From the NCBI GenBank assembly GCA_045615365.1, contig JAZLEQ010000007.1, positions 1,029 through 65,028 on the forward strand: a DNA stretch of 64,000 bases, given 5' to 3'. Shown here piece by piece: positions 39,293-48,555 of this stretch. Both the position numbers and the translations under genes were made by a program. The notes below the pieces were generated by a model. It was not told where the DNA came from. It saw only the letters and a program-made list of their open reading frames with translations, and made no database searches. Numbering within the stretch: position 1 is the first letter of the stretch; each line of letters opens with the position of its first letter. The stretch comes from Alphaproteobacteria bacterium (GTDB lineage Bacteria > Pseudomonadota > Alphaproteobacteria > RF32 > CAG-239).

Positions 39293-40228
39293 ATGATTAA
39301 AATATTCAGTTGGGTTACAAAAGATACAAATATCAACTTTATGAAAAGCAAAAACCTTACCTATGCAATCTCAATAATCATGATGATTTTATCTGCTATT
39401 TGCATTGCCGTTAAAGGTTTTAATTTCGGGATTGATTTTTCGGGCGGTATTTTGATGGAAGTTAAATCGCCGGAAGTGATTAATGTTGACGAAATGCGCA
39501 ACACCTTAAGTAAGTTGGATATTGACGACTTAAACCTTCAGGCAATGGGCGAAGACGGAACCGAAATCGTTATCCGCGCCCAAGCAAAAGATTTGGATGA
39601 AAAAGCTCAGATGGCAATTATCAACCAAATAAAAGAAACTTTAGGTAACGGTTATGAATATCGCAGAATTGACTTGGTTGGTCCGCAAGTCGGCGGCGAA
39701 CTGAAAAAAGACGGAATTATCGCAGCAGTTGTCGCTGTTTTGGCTATTACTGTTTATGTGTGGTTTCGTTTTGAGTGGCAGTTTGCTTTGGGAACAATCA
39801 TCGGTTTGTTCCATGATATCATCGTTACACTCGGTTTGTTGTCGTTCTTTGGGCTTGATTTCAGCTTGACTACCGTTGCTGCAATCCTGACTTTGGCCGG
39901 ATATTCGGTTAATGATACGGTTGTAACATATGACAGAATCAGGGAAAATTTGAGCAAGTTCAAAAAAATGAACCAAACCGATTTGTTGAACAAAAGTATT
40001 AATGATATTTTGTCACGCACATTCTTAACCGGACTGACAACAATGTTTGCAGCCTTGGCTTTGCTTGTTTGGGGCGGTGAAACTTTGCGCAGCTTTGCGT
40101 TTACAATCTTTTGGGGAGTAATTGTGGGAACATATTCTTCAATATATGTTTCTACGACTTTCTTGTCGCTGTTTGATTTGCGTGCAAGCCAAGCAGAAGA
40201 AAAAATTAATCCTTTCGGAAACGCTTAA
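39293..40228 (+). CDS. secF: Protein translocase subunit SecF
   Basis: GIDFSGG, VGPQVG, GYSVNDTVVTYDRIREN, GTYSSIY. Confidence 0.97.
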   Translation: MIKIFSWVTKDTNINFMKSKNLTYAISIIMMILSAICIAVKGFNFGIDFSGGILMEVKSPEVINVDEMRNTLSKLDIDDLNLQAMGEDGTEIVIRAQAKDLDEKAQMAIINQIKETLGNGYEYRRIDLVGPQVGGELKKDGIIAAVVAVLAITVYVWFRFEWQFALGTIIGLFHDIIVTLGLLSFFGLDFSLTTVAAILTLAGYSVNDTVVTYDRIRENLSKFKKMNQTDLLNKSINDILSRTFLTGLTTMFAALALLVWGGETLRSFAFTIFWGVIVGTYSSIYVSTTFLSLFDLRASQAEEKINPFGNA

Positions 40229-40242
40229 ACAGAGGATAAAAA

Positions 40243-41043
40243 ATGGCAAAAATTTCTTGGAAACCGGGAACAATGCTTTTTCCAGTGCCGCCTGTAATGG
40301 TTACTTGCGGCACTATGGAAAATGCCAATGTTTTGACAATCGCTTGGACGGGAATTATAAATTCCGAACCACCAATGACTTATATATCGGTTCGTCCGAC
40401 AAGACATTCGCACAAAATAATTTCCGAAAACAAAGAATTTGTAATTAATATTGCGAATCTGCCTTTAGCAAAAGCATGTGATTTTTGCGGGGTGCGCTCA
40501 GGAAAAAATACTGACAAATTTAAGGAAATGGGATTGGAATTAGAGTCTTCGGTGAAAATTAAGACACCAATGCTTAAAAACGCCCCCGTTTCCTTGGAGT
40601 GTAAGGTAGTCGATGTTAAGAAATACGGCACCCACGATATGTTTATTGCTGAAATTGTTAATGTTAATGTTGACGATAAATATATTGAAGAAGACGGCCG
40701 ACTGGCAATTGAAAAAGCAGGTCTTTTGGCTTTTGCGCACGGAAGATATTATACTTTGGGACGGGACTTGGGTGCCTTCGGTTTTTCGGTTGATAAAACA
40801 AAAGAAAATAAAACAAAACCCAGAAAATCGAAGTTTATGGATATATTAAAAATTGAAGAAAAAATTAAGGATGGAACCCTAAAAATTAAAGAAAAGAAAC
40901 CTTCTTTAATAAAAGCTCTGAAAGAGAAAAAAGAAGCTTTTCAGAGAAAACAGAAAAAAGAAAACGCAAAAAAGTATAAAGGTAAAGGTTTTTTAGGGCA
41001 AAATAATAAGAAACAATTTAAGAAAAAAAACAAACCTCAATAA
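40243..41043 (+). CDS. Flavin reductase family protein with Lys-rich tail
   Basis: PVPPVMVTCG, TIAWTG, ISVRP.RHSH, DFCG..SG, LECKV, GTHDMFIA. Confidence 0.85.
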   Translation: MAKISWKPGTMLFPVPPVMVTCGTMENANVLTIAWTGIINSEPPMTYISVRPTRHSHKIISENKEFVINIANLPLAKACDFCGVRSGKNTDKFKEMGLELESSVKIKTPMLKNAPVSLECKVVDVKKYGTHDMFIAEIVNVNVDDKYIEEDGRLAIEKAGLLAFAHGRYYTLGRDLGAFGFSVDKTKENKTKPRKSKFMDILKIEEKIKDGTLKIKEKKPSLIKALKEKKEAFQRKQKKENAKKYKGKGFLGQNNKKQFKKKNKPQ

Positions 41044-41183
41044 ATTTGTGAAAAAGGCAGTTTATAATAAACTGTCTTTTTTTTACATGCTACATCAAAA
41101 AAAATCTTTACATGAAAAAATTTTTATAATTAAAATTATAGGGTAAATGAAGAGAAAATGGTAACTTTTTTTGAGAGGAGAAT

Positions 41184-41546
41184 ATGATGAAAAAAATTAT
41201 TACAGTTTCAGCTTTGGCTTTACTTTTAGGACTCAGCAACAATGTTTCGGCTCAAGATTTGGGCGGAGGTTTTACAGGCCCATTAGATGCAAACAAAGTG
41301 AGTGTTGAAGAAGCAAAAAATATGCGTGATGATTCTCCCGTTGTGATGGAAGGAAAAATTGAAAAAGCATTGGGTGATGAAAAATATGTGTTTTCTGACG
41401 GAAAAGATAAAGTAACCGTTGAAATTGATAACGAAGATTGGCGCGGTGTAAATGTTAACGAACAAGATACTGTAGAGATTAAAGGCGAAGTTGACAAAGA
41501 ATTTATGGATACAAAAGTTGATGTTGACAGCGTTGTAAAGAAATAG
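41184..41546 (+). CDS. YgiW/YdeI (BOF) OB-fold stress protein
   Basis: Signal peptide, GGFTGP, DD.PV..EG.I, YVFSDG, VEID, GEVDKE. Confidence 0.88.
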   Translation: MMKKIITVSALALLLGLSNNVSAQDLGGGFTGPLDANKVSVEEAKNMRDDSPVVMEGKIEKALGDEKYVFSDGKDKVTVEIDNEDWRGVNVNEQDTVEIKGEVDKEFMDTKVDVDSVVKK

Positions 41547-41679
41547 GATAAAAAATCGCACTGCCCGAGTTGATAAAAAGATTCGGGCAGTATTTTTTGC
41601 TTATAAAAAAAATTTGTTGCATAAAAAAAATATTGTGTTAAATATGTGTGGAGTTTGGATGATTGATGTTTAACATATT

Positions 41680-41756
41680 CGGGACGTAGTTCAGTCTGGT
41701 AGAGCGCTTGCATGGGGTGCAAGAAGTCGGAGGTTCGAATCCTCTCGTCCCGACCA
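41680..41756 (+). tRNA. tRNA-Pro(GGG)
   Basis: CGGGACG acceptor stem, CTTGC-ATGGGGT-GCAAG anticodon arm, GGTTCGAATCC T arm, CCA end. Confidence 0.95.
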
Positions 41757-41967
41757 TAAAACAAAGAGCCTGCCCTTGTGGTGGGCTTTTTGTTTTATTA
41801 TCATGAAGTGATGGGATTTGAAGCTCCGGAGAAGGAGGTTCGACTACAAGCGAAAGGCAGACGGAAGTATGCCGGTAAGCCAAAGGCTTATGAGCGCCAG
41901 TGCGACGAAGTCAATCCTCTCGTCCCGACCAGATACAATAAAACCCTGCCCTTGTGGTGGGGTTTTG
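41757..41967 (+). repeat. tRNA-linked repeat duplicating the tRNA-Pro 3' end and terminator
   Basis: AATCCTCTCGTCCCGACCA at 41738-41756 repeated at 41913-41931; CCTGCCCTTGTGGTGGG hairpin follows both copies. Confidence 0.8.
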
Positions 41968-42044
41968 TTGTGTTTGGATTAGAGACTGAACGAAACAAAG
42001 TGAGTAATCTTTATCAATCCGAAGTATTAAATTTTGTTTATTTA

Positions 42045-42390
42045 AAAAGCGAAACCGCCTTCAATACAAAAGAAGGCGGTTAGTTCGGTTTGCATTTCGG
42101 AGGCCATACAATTAAAAGATGTAAGAACTTATCGGTCTTGAATGCCGGTGCAACGACATTTTTTGACGGATTTATTCCTAGCGTTATTGACCTTTGTTTC
42201 AGTTGTTATTTCACACTCGTTAAAAGCCCTCTCTTTGTTTAACATAAGGTGGAAACAACAAACTAAAATCAATGAAAAACAAACAACAAAACTGCTCTTG
42301 GTGTTTGCGTGGTGATCAGTCAGACAAATACCTCAACTCTTTTAATAAAGAGATTTTATTTATAAAAAATACAAATTCTTATTAAAGTTC
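42045..42390 (-). ncRNA. Candidate structured small RNA
   Basis: No convincing ORF; long imperfect stem with G-U pairs on minus strand; terminator AACCGCCTTC/GAAGGCGGTT at 42053-42081. Confidence 0.3.
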
Positions 42391-42535
42391 GTTTTTTTTA
42401 TATCAATTATTTTTTTTGTCAATAAAAAAATTGAAGCCGAGGGTTGAGGTTAATCTTTGTAAACTTTATTCATTGACAAACAATCGAGAGTTTTCGTATA
42501 AATTTAAATGTCTAATATTATAAATTTTTAAGTAT

Positions 42536-43030
42536 ATGAAAAAGTTTTTTTTATTGCTTGCATTTGCTTGCATTCTTTTTTCTTGCAGCAAGAAGAAAGA
42601 GAACGTTGTTGAAGAAATAGTTCAGCAACCTGTGAAAGAAGTTTATCAACCTGTTCATCAGAAAATGGTGATAGATTTCCAAAAGACTATTATGTATAAC
42701 TATTTTGAAGCTCCTAAGGCTTCTGCGGCAAAATCAGTTACGGTTAATTTTGATCAAACTGCGCTTTATATCAAACCTATTGAAGTAGTGTATCTTTATG
42801 AAAACGGCGATACATTTACTTATGTTTTGGAAAAATTCGGTGTTTGGCAAAATGAGAACGGAAAATATCGTATTATAACTGATGAAAAAAACACCGTATG
42901 GGTTCAGGGGCAAACAAAATCCGGAAAATTTAAGGAATTTGTTTTTTATGGAAATCCTGAATTTAATGGGAAAATTTCGCCAAACTCTTACAGAAATTTA
43001 CCTAAGGGCGAAATTAAATATCGTAATTAA
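42536..43030 (+). CDS. Hypothetical lipoprotein
   Basis: MKK..LFSC lipobox; TTGACA-N18-TATAAA promoter at 42473-42502; terminator near 43045-43076. Confidence 0.8.
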   Translation: MKKFFLLLAFACILFSCSKKKENVVEEIVQQPVKEVYQPVHQKMVIDFQKTIMYNYFEAPKASAAKSVTVNFDQTALYIKPIEVVYLYENGDTFTYVLEKFGVWQNENGKYRIITDEKNTVWVQGQTKSGKFKEFVFYGNPEFNGKISPNSYRNLPKGEIKYRN

Positions 43031-43164
43031 CGGTATTTGTTATTAAAAACGGCACTCGTTAAAAAAGTGCCGTTTTTATTTTTAAGTTGCGGCAAAACAT
43101 ATACTTAATAATAGCGCAATATGGTAAATGGATTAAAAAAGGATAAAATTTGAAAAATTCACAA

Positions 43165-43387
43165 TCATATTATTTTCATAAACAAATTTATGAGGTGTGA
43201 TATGATGAAAGCATATTGTGACAGCTCATTTGATGAGAAAAAAGGAATTGCCGGAATTGGGATTGTGATTGAAAACGGCACAAAAAGAAGATTGGTTTCC
43301 AACTGGATTAAAGCTCGGTCAAATAATGAAGCCGAGCTTTTTGCTATTTATTTGGCTGGTATTTTAACCGAAAACAACGGAGTTATA
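43165..43387 (+). repeat. Direct repeat copy 1 (RNase H leader and 5' CDS)
   Basis: 223 bp, about 15 mismatches by eye versus 45539-45761. Confidence 0.9.
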
Positions 43388-43441
43388 ACCTTTGGTAAAC
43401 CACTCTTTGCTCCATATTTCGACGATATCCCTTACAAATAA
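43202..43441 (+). pseudogene. Truncated RNase HI paralog
   Basis: Matches the 45576 gene up to NNGVI, then unrelated sequence; lacks YTDS and later catalytic residues. Confidence 0.85.
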
Positions 43442-43574
43442 ACTACTTCCTAAAATTTGGACGTATAAAATAATTTATTTACATGTCTTAGAATTTATGA
43501 TATATTGAGACTGTGAGCTTGAAATAATATATAACGATATTTAAATTTCTAATTTATAAGAACTGATAAGCAAA

Positions 43575-44687
43575 ATGTATAATAAAGCAAATTCAAAAGT
43601 AAAAGCAAGTTCAAGGATATTTGCATTCTCTGAGCAAGTTAAAAATTGCGATTTATCTCTTTTACCTAAAACAATTGAAATTCATTTGTCTAATATTTGC
43701 AATAATAGTTGTAAATTTTGTTTTTATCAAGCAGACCGATCTCTTTTGGATAAAATTACATTTTTACCTACTGAACGTATTATTTCACTTTTATCTTCTT
43801 TTACAAAAGAAACTGACAAGTCCTTAGTTTTATCAGGAGGAGGCGAACCAACTCTACACCCTCACTTTTCTGAAATTATCGATAAAGCTGTAGATGTTGG
43901 CTTTGATGTTGGTGTAATAACTAATGGCATACATTATAATCATAAAATTGAAGAAGCCCTAAAAAAAACAAAGTGGGTTAAATTTTCTTTACATGCCGGC
44001 GATGCTAAAACTTACCAAAATTTAATGTATAATGATAATGGGGTAGAAATTTTCAATCGTGTTCAAAATCATATAAAATCATTAGTAGCATCAAAAACGC
44101 CTATGACAAAAATTTCTGTTGGGTGCGTAATTACTCAAAAAAATCAATCAGATTGTGATATATTAAATTATTTTGATAATGCTACAAATAATTTGCATGT
44201 TGATTATGTTTTGTTTAGAGGATATATGGGCTCTGATCCTGTTTTACAAATAACGCGGAAGCCAGAAGATTTTTCACACATCGAACAAATTATTGCCTTA
44301 CGCTCACAAGAAAAAGATGTTTTTTCTAATTTTTCTTCATTTATAAGAGATTATAATATAACTAGAAACTATTTAGACGGTATATGCCCTATCGTATCTT
44401 CTGGAATGATCGCAGCCATCACTACAGACGGCAACGTGCATATTTGTTTACCAACAGCACAACAAAAAAATGTCCCTTCAATAGGTTCTATTTTAAATGA
44501 ATCGTTTCATGACATATGGAATAGCGACAGGCATCATGCTGTATTAGATGAGTTATTAATAAAAAATTGCCCACCATGTAAATATGAAAGGATGTTCCCT
44601 TTAATAAAAAAAATAAAAAATAATAATTGCAATTTAGAACAAGAGATAATAAAAGCCAAACAAGATCCCCATTGGAGATTTTTGTAA
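43575..44687 (+). CDS. Radical SAM protein with SPASM/twitch domain
   Basis: CNNSCKFC, SGGGEPTLHP, ITNG, C-terminal CP...DGNVHIC...IGS...CPPCK. Confidence 0.9.
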   Translation: MYNKANSKVKASSRIFAFSEQVKNCDLSLLPKTIEIHLSNICNNSCKFCFYQADRSLLDKITFLPTERIISLLSSFTKETDKSLVLSGGGEPTLHPHFSEIIDKAVDVGFDVGVITNGIHYNHKIEEALKKTKWVKFSLHAGDAKTYQNLMYNDNGVEIFNRVQNHIKSLVASKTPMTKISVGCVITQKNQSDCDILNYFDNATNNLHVDYVLFRGYMGSDPVLQITRKPEDFSHIEQIIALRSQEKDVFSNFSSFIRDYNITRNYLDGICPIVSSGMIAAITTDGNVHICLPTAQQKNVPSIGSILNESFHDIWNSDRHHAVLDELLIKNCPPCKYERMFPLIKKIKNNNCNLEQEIIKAKQDPHWRFL

Positions 44688-45343
44688 TGAATTCAAAAGA
44701 AAAAGAAATTAGCAGAGAAATTGTTTTTCCAGACACTTTACTGCCTTTTGTGGATGATATTAATCGCCTATGTTTTCGCAAAAATGATGAGAATTTATCA
44801 GAAATAGATACCATTTTTGTATTTGGTAGCACCTCAGAATTAGAAAATATGAAAAAATCTATTTTTCATATTTTTAATAAAGCCCCAATATCAACAATTA
44901 TTATTTCCGGAGGTGTGTCAAAAAAAACATATCCATTATCAGAATCGCTTGCTATTTTTAATAGTATTAAAGATATAATTTCTTCGGATATAGATGTAGT
45001 ATTAGAAGATGAAGCATCAAATACAAAAGAAAATGTCGAATTATCGTTAAAAAAACACCCTACTCTGATTACCAGCAAACTTTGTTTTGTTTCGAAATAT
45101 TTTGCTGCAGGACGTTCTTTTTTAACATTGCAAAAATTTTTACCAAATGCTTTAATAAAACAATATGCTTTTGTTTCAAATGATTGTCGTCCGGAAGAAT
45201 GGATAAGTTCCCCTAAAGCCAGATCTTTGGTTTATGGTGAAATAATGCGTATTTTTACCTATGGAAAACGAGGTGATATTTTTTATGATGAGGTGAAGGA
45301 AAAAGTTGATTTTTTAATAAAAAAATCAACTGGGCAAATCTAA
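44687..45343 (+). CDS. DUF218 (YdcF/ElyC/SanA-like) protein
   Basis: IFVFG, IIISGG, SES, LEDEASNTKENV; ATG overlaps the radical SAM stop (TAATG). Confidence 0.8.
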   Translation: MNSKEKEISREIVFPDTLLPFVDDINRLCFRKNDENLSEIDTIFVFGSTSELENMKKSIFHIFNKAPISTIIISGGVSKKTYPLSESLAIFNSIKDIISSDIDVVLEDEASNTKENVELSLKKHPTLITSKLCFVSKYFAAGRSFLTLQKFLPNALIKQYAFVSNDCRPEEWISSPKARSLVYGEIMRIFTYGKRGDIFYDEVKEKVDFLIKKSTGQI

Positions 45344-45538
45344 CACATTATTTTATTCCCTTGGTGAAATTTGTAATATTTGGATTGGGAGCTGAACGAA
45401 ATGATGTGGGTAATAACATTTGTTATTAAAAACAACGCTTATCATAAAAAGCCGTTGTTCTTATTGTAGAACCTAGACTTAAAGTTAACACAATATGGAA
45501 AAAGGGTTATAATAATGTAAAAATTGAAAAAAATGCTC

Positions 45539-45761
45539 TCATATTATTTTCATAAACAAATTTATGAGGTGTGATATGATGAAAGCATATTGTGACAGCT
45601 CATTTGATGAGAAAAGAAAAATTGCCGGAATCGGAGTGATTATTGAAAACGGCACAAAAAGAAAATTGTTTTCTAACTGGATTAAAGCTCGGTCAAATAA
45701 TGAAGCCGAGCTTTATGCTATTTATTTGGCTTGTATTTTAACCGAAAACAACGGAATTATA
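45539..45761 (+). repeat. Direct repeat copy 2
   Basis: Offset 2374 bp from copy 1. Confidence 0.9.
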
Positions 45762-46001
45762 TATACCGACAGCCAGACCGCCATAGAATATATTACACAC
45801 GACATCAAAGAAAAACCGCGAACTAAAGAACAATATTTGCGACACAAACATTGCGAATATTGGGCGCTTAAAATCAGAAAACAAAATGTCAAAATAGAAA
45901 AAATTAAAGCGCATCAAAAAGTTTTTCAAACCCACTCTTTAGGCAACAGGTTTGCCGATTTGGCTGCAAATGAAGGCAGAGCAAAATTTTATGAAAGATA
46001 G
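45576..46001 (+). CDS. Ribonuclease HI family protein
   Basis: YCDSS, NNEAEL, YTDSQ, KIKAH, GNRFADLAA: complete DEDD set; GAGGTG RBS. Confidence 0.85.
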   Translation: MMKAYCDSSFDEKRKIAGIGVIIENGTKRKLFSNWIKARSNNEAELYAIYLACILTENNGIIYTDSQTAIEYITHDIKEKPRTKEQYLRHKHCEYWALKIRKQNVKIEKIKAHQKVFQTHSLGNRFADLAANEGRAKFYER

Positions 46002-46125
46002 AAAAACTTAATTCGTCTTGCCCCTCAAATTTCGCTTGAGGGTAATAATAAGTTGCAAAATGATAATGACAACAATATAGTGATTATGTTCAAAGCTTCT
46101 CAGTTTGAAAAATAGAGAATGAAAA

Positions 46126-47274
46126 ATGAAAAATACGGAAAAAATATTATGTGATATAATCGCTATCAGAACAGATAATACTCTTGTCGGCAATAAAAGT
46201 TGCGTTGATTATATTTGTTCGTTGTTAAATGATAACAATATTTTGTTTAAACGAATTCCTAATCTTGATGACGGAAAAGAAAATATTATTGCCGGAATTA
46301 ATATTCAAAGTTTTAAGAATATTAATTCGGGTGTTGTATTGTCGGGACATATGGATACAGTGACCGTCAACCTTAAAGATTGGGACACTAATCCGTTTAT
46401 TGCAACAAATATCAATGGTGCAATCTACGGCAGAGGAACTGTGGATATGAAATATTTTATAGCAGCCACACTTTCTCTGATTCAAGAGTTTAAAAAATTT
46501 AAGGTTCCTGTTTTTTTATTATTTTCATGTGATGAAGAAACGTCCGTTAAGGGAATTGAAAATCTTATTCAGTTTTTCAAAATGCGAAATATTCATCCTC
46601 AATTTGCATTGGTCGGTGAACCGACAAACTTTAATATCGGATTGATGAGTAAGGGATATTCCGGATACACAACCATAGTCAAAGGTGTGTCCGCTCACTC
46701 AAGCTGTCCCGAATTGGGCACAAATGCCGGATATGTAGCCGCAAAGATTGTTTCCAAAATTGAAGAATTGAATGCTGTTTATTGTAAAGAAAAAACAACC
46801 TTAAATGTCGGAGTTATCAGTGGCGGTGAAGGCCGAAATCTTATTCCCAGTGAAATGATTATAGAATGGGAAATTCGCTATGATAGCGAATTGCACAAGT
46901 CAGAAATATTGAAAAAAATAGAAGATTTTAACAATGAACTTATGAAAAAATATAAAAATTCTTATATTCAAACCAAAACAAAAGAAAATCTGTTATCATT
47001 TGAACAACAGGCTGAAAGCCCCGTGGTTTCTATTGCGCAAAATTTATTAAAAACTAAAACTTTTAATCTACCTCACGCAACGGAAGCAGGTTTTCTTAAA
47101 AATTTGGGTTATGAAAGATTTAATTATTGTTTTTTGGCGAATATTTTGGATGTTCGTCGGTGCTCCGTTTGTTTTAGCATTGCTGAATGTTTTTGTCGGG
47201 GCTTTTTTGGGCTGGTTTGTCGGTCTGTTTTTCGGAGATGCAATTCTTGGAATTTTTGCTCAAATCGGTATTAG
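46126..47274 (+). pseudogene. argE: ArgE/M20 deacetylase with replaced C-terminus
   Basis: LSGHMDTV, YGRGTVDMK, DEE, GEPT, AHSS, ATEAG present; final GPG...AH..E metal-ligand segment absent, sequence switches at about 47110. Confidence 0.65.
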
Positions 47275-47386
47275 CGGTTTTTCAATGTGGCAAATAGGTG
47301 CATTTTTAGGATTTGTTTGCGGCTTTTTCAGAAAACTGATTACCTTTAATGATTTTAGAAACAATAATAAAACAAAAATTAAATGA
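47111..47386 (+). CDS. Small Gly/Phe-rich membrane protein (phage-like)
   Basis: Two to three hydrophobic helices with glycine spacing (GAFLGWFVG...GAFLGFVCG); overlaps the next ORF by ATGA. Confidence 0.65.
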   Translation: MKDLIIVFWRIFWMFVGAPFVLALLNVFVGAFLGWFVGLFFGDAILGIFAQIGISGFSMWQIGAFLGFVCGFFRKLITFNDFRNNNKTKIK

Positions 47387-47856
47387 AAATATTAAATCAA
47401 AAATTTCAAGAACAATCAAAAGATGATTGCTTCGTAGCTCTTTTGGGAACAAAAATTCATTTTTACAATGACACTTTAGCGGATGAAGTTAATGTTTATA
47501 TGACAGCAACTCCTGTTGCAAAAGGTGTGAAATTATACGATATCGGCGAGGTTTTGTATGATTTTAGGAAAAACAATCCTCATTGTGTGTGGGTTCGCCT
47601 GGTTACAATAGAAGAAATAATAGAGTTTAATTCTTATGGCGAGGATTTCGGAATCGGCATAAGAAAAGCAAAAACATCTTCTACATATGTTGACCATCAC
47701 GGAAGAGCAGAGTTTCAATATTGCTGGGACAACGGAAAAAAACGAGACGATAACAGTGATGTTTCAGACGTATATTTAACCTTTGCGTTAAAAGCAAATG
47801 AACCACAATTTATAAGATATAAAAAAACAGAAACGCATGAAAAACAAAAAATTTGA
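47383..47856 (+). CDS. Hypothetical protein
   Basis: 157-aa ORF coupled to the upstream gene; terminator near 47925-47969. Confidence 0.6.
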   Translation: MKILNQKFQEQSKDDCFVALLGTKIHFYNDTLADEVNVYMTATPVAKGVKLYDIGEVLYDFRKNNPHCVWVRLVTIEEIIEFNSYGEDFGIGIRKAKTSSTYVDHHGRAEFQYCWDNGKKRDDNSDVSDVYLTFALKANEPQFIRYKKTETHEKQKI

Positions 47857-47980
47857 AAACTCAAAAATCGGAACTTTCTCTGGTCTGACAGAGTTTGTCA
47901 AACTGGAAATAAAAAACTAAAACAAAACGCAGATTTTCTTTTTTTACAGAAAGAAAATCTGCGTTTTTTTAATTGAGATT

Positions 47981-48382
47981 TTACTGATTTGCGTTTTGTT
48001 GACATGATATGCATAAATAAAACGTATCAACTACATCTCCGAGAGTTTTCCACTCTTCAATATTTAGATAATCACTGCTTGATATTGAGTATTTTTGCTC
48101 TAAATAGATTTCCAGCTCCATGATCTCAAAGCTGTCCATACCTAAGTCATTCTTCATTTTTGAGGCAAGAGATACATCATCTTCAGGAAAAAGGATTTTT
48201 TCCTTTTTCAACCATGTTACTACATGCTCAAAAATTTCATGTCTCAAATCTGTTGATGTGGTTTCTGAAGTTTTCTTAACCTCTGTTGCCTTTGCAATCT
48301 CCGCCGATAGCATTTCTATTGCCTCTTGCGGTGTTAAGTTTAACTCTGAGATTGCTTGAATTAGTCTTTTTACTTTTTCCAT
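47981..48382 (-). CDS. Acyl-carrier-protein-like domain with N-terminal helical extension
   Basis: NDLGMDSFEIMELEIYLE (Ser attachment motif), KTLGDVVD. Confidence 0.75.
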   Translation of the reverse strand: MEKVKRLIQAISELNLTPQEAIEMLSAEIAKATEVKKTSETTSTDLRHEIFEHVVTWLKKEKILFPEDDVSLASKMKNDLGMDSFEIMELEIYLEQKYSISSSDYLNIEEWKTLGDVVDTFYLCISCQQNANQ

Positions 48383-48555
48383 AACTTTAAAATTAATAAT
48401 TGTTTTTAGATATTCACTGTTATCACATTATTTAAATTTTGCAATATTTTTAAAAGTGAGCAGCTGCAAATTTTGATTAAAATAAAATTTTTAATTTATT
48501 TTTAGGATATTATGTGATATGCTATTAAATAGATACAAGCAATAGTTTGTATTTA

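Noticed and set aside
41252-42083. ORFs 41252-41764, 41638-41883 and 41778-42083
   Set aside because: They overlap tRNA-Pro and its linked repeat, or are antisense to the BOF gene
43575-44687. Prokaryotic viperin
   Set aside because: GGGEP motif and C-terminal SPASM-type cysteines fit generic SPASM/twitch enzymes; I could not see viperin-specific motifs
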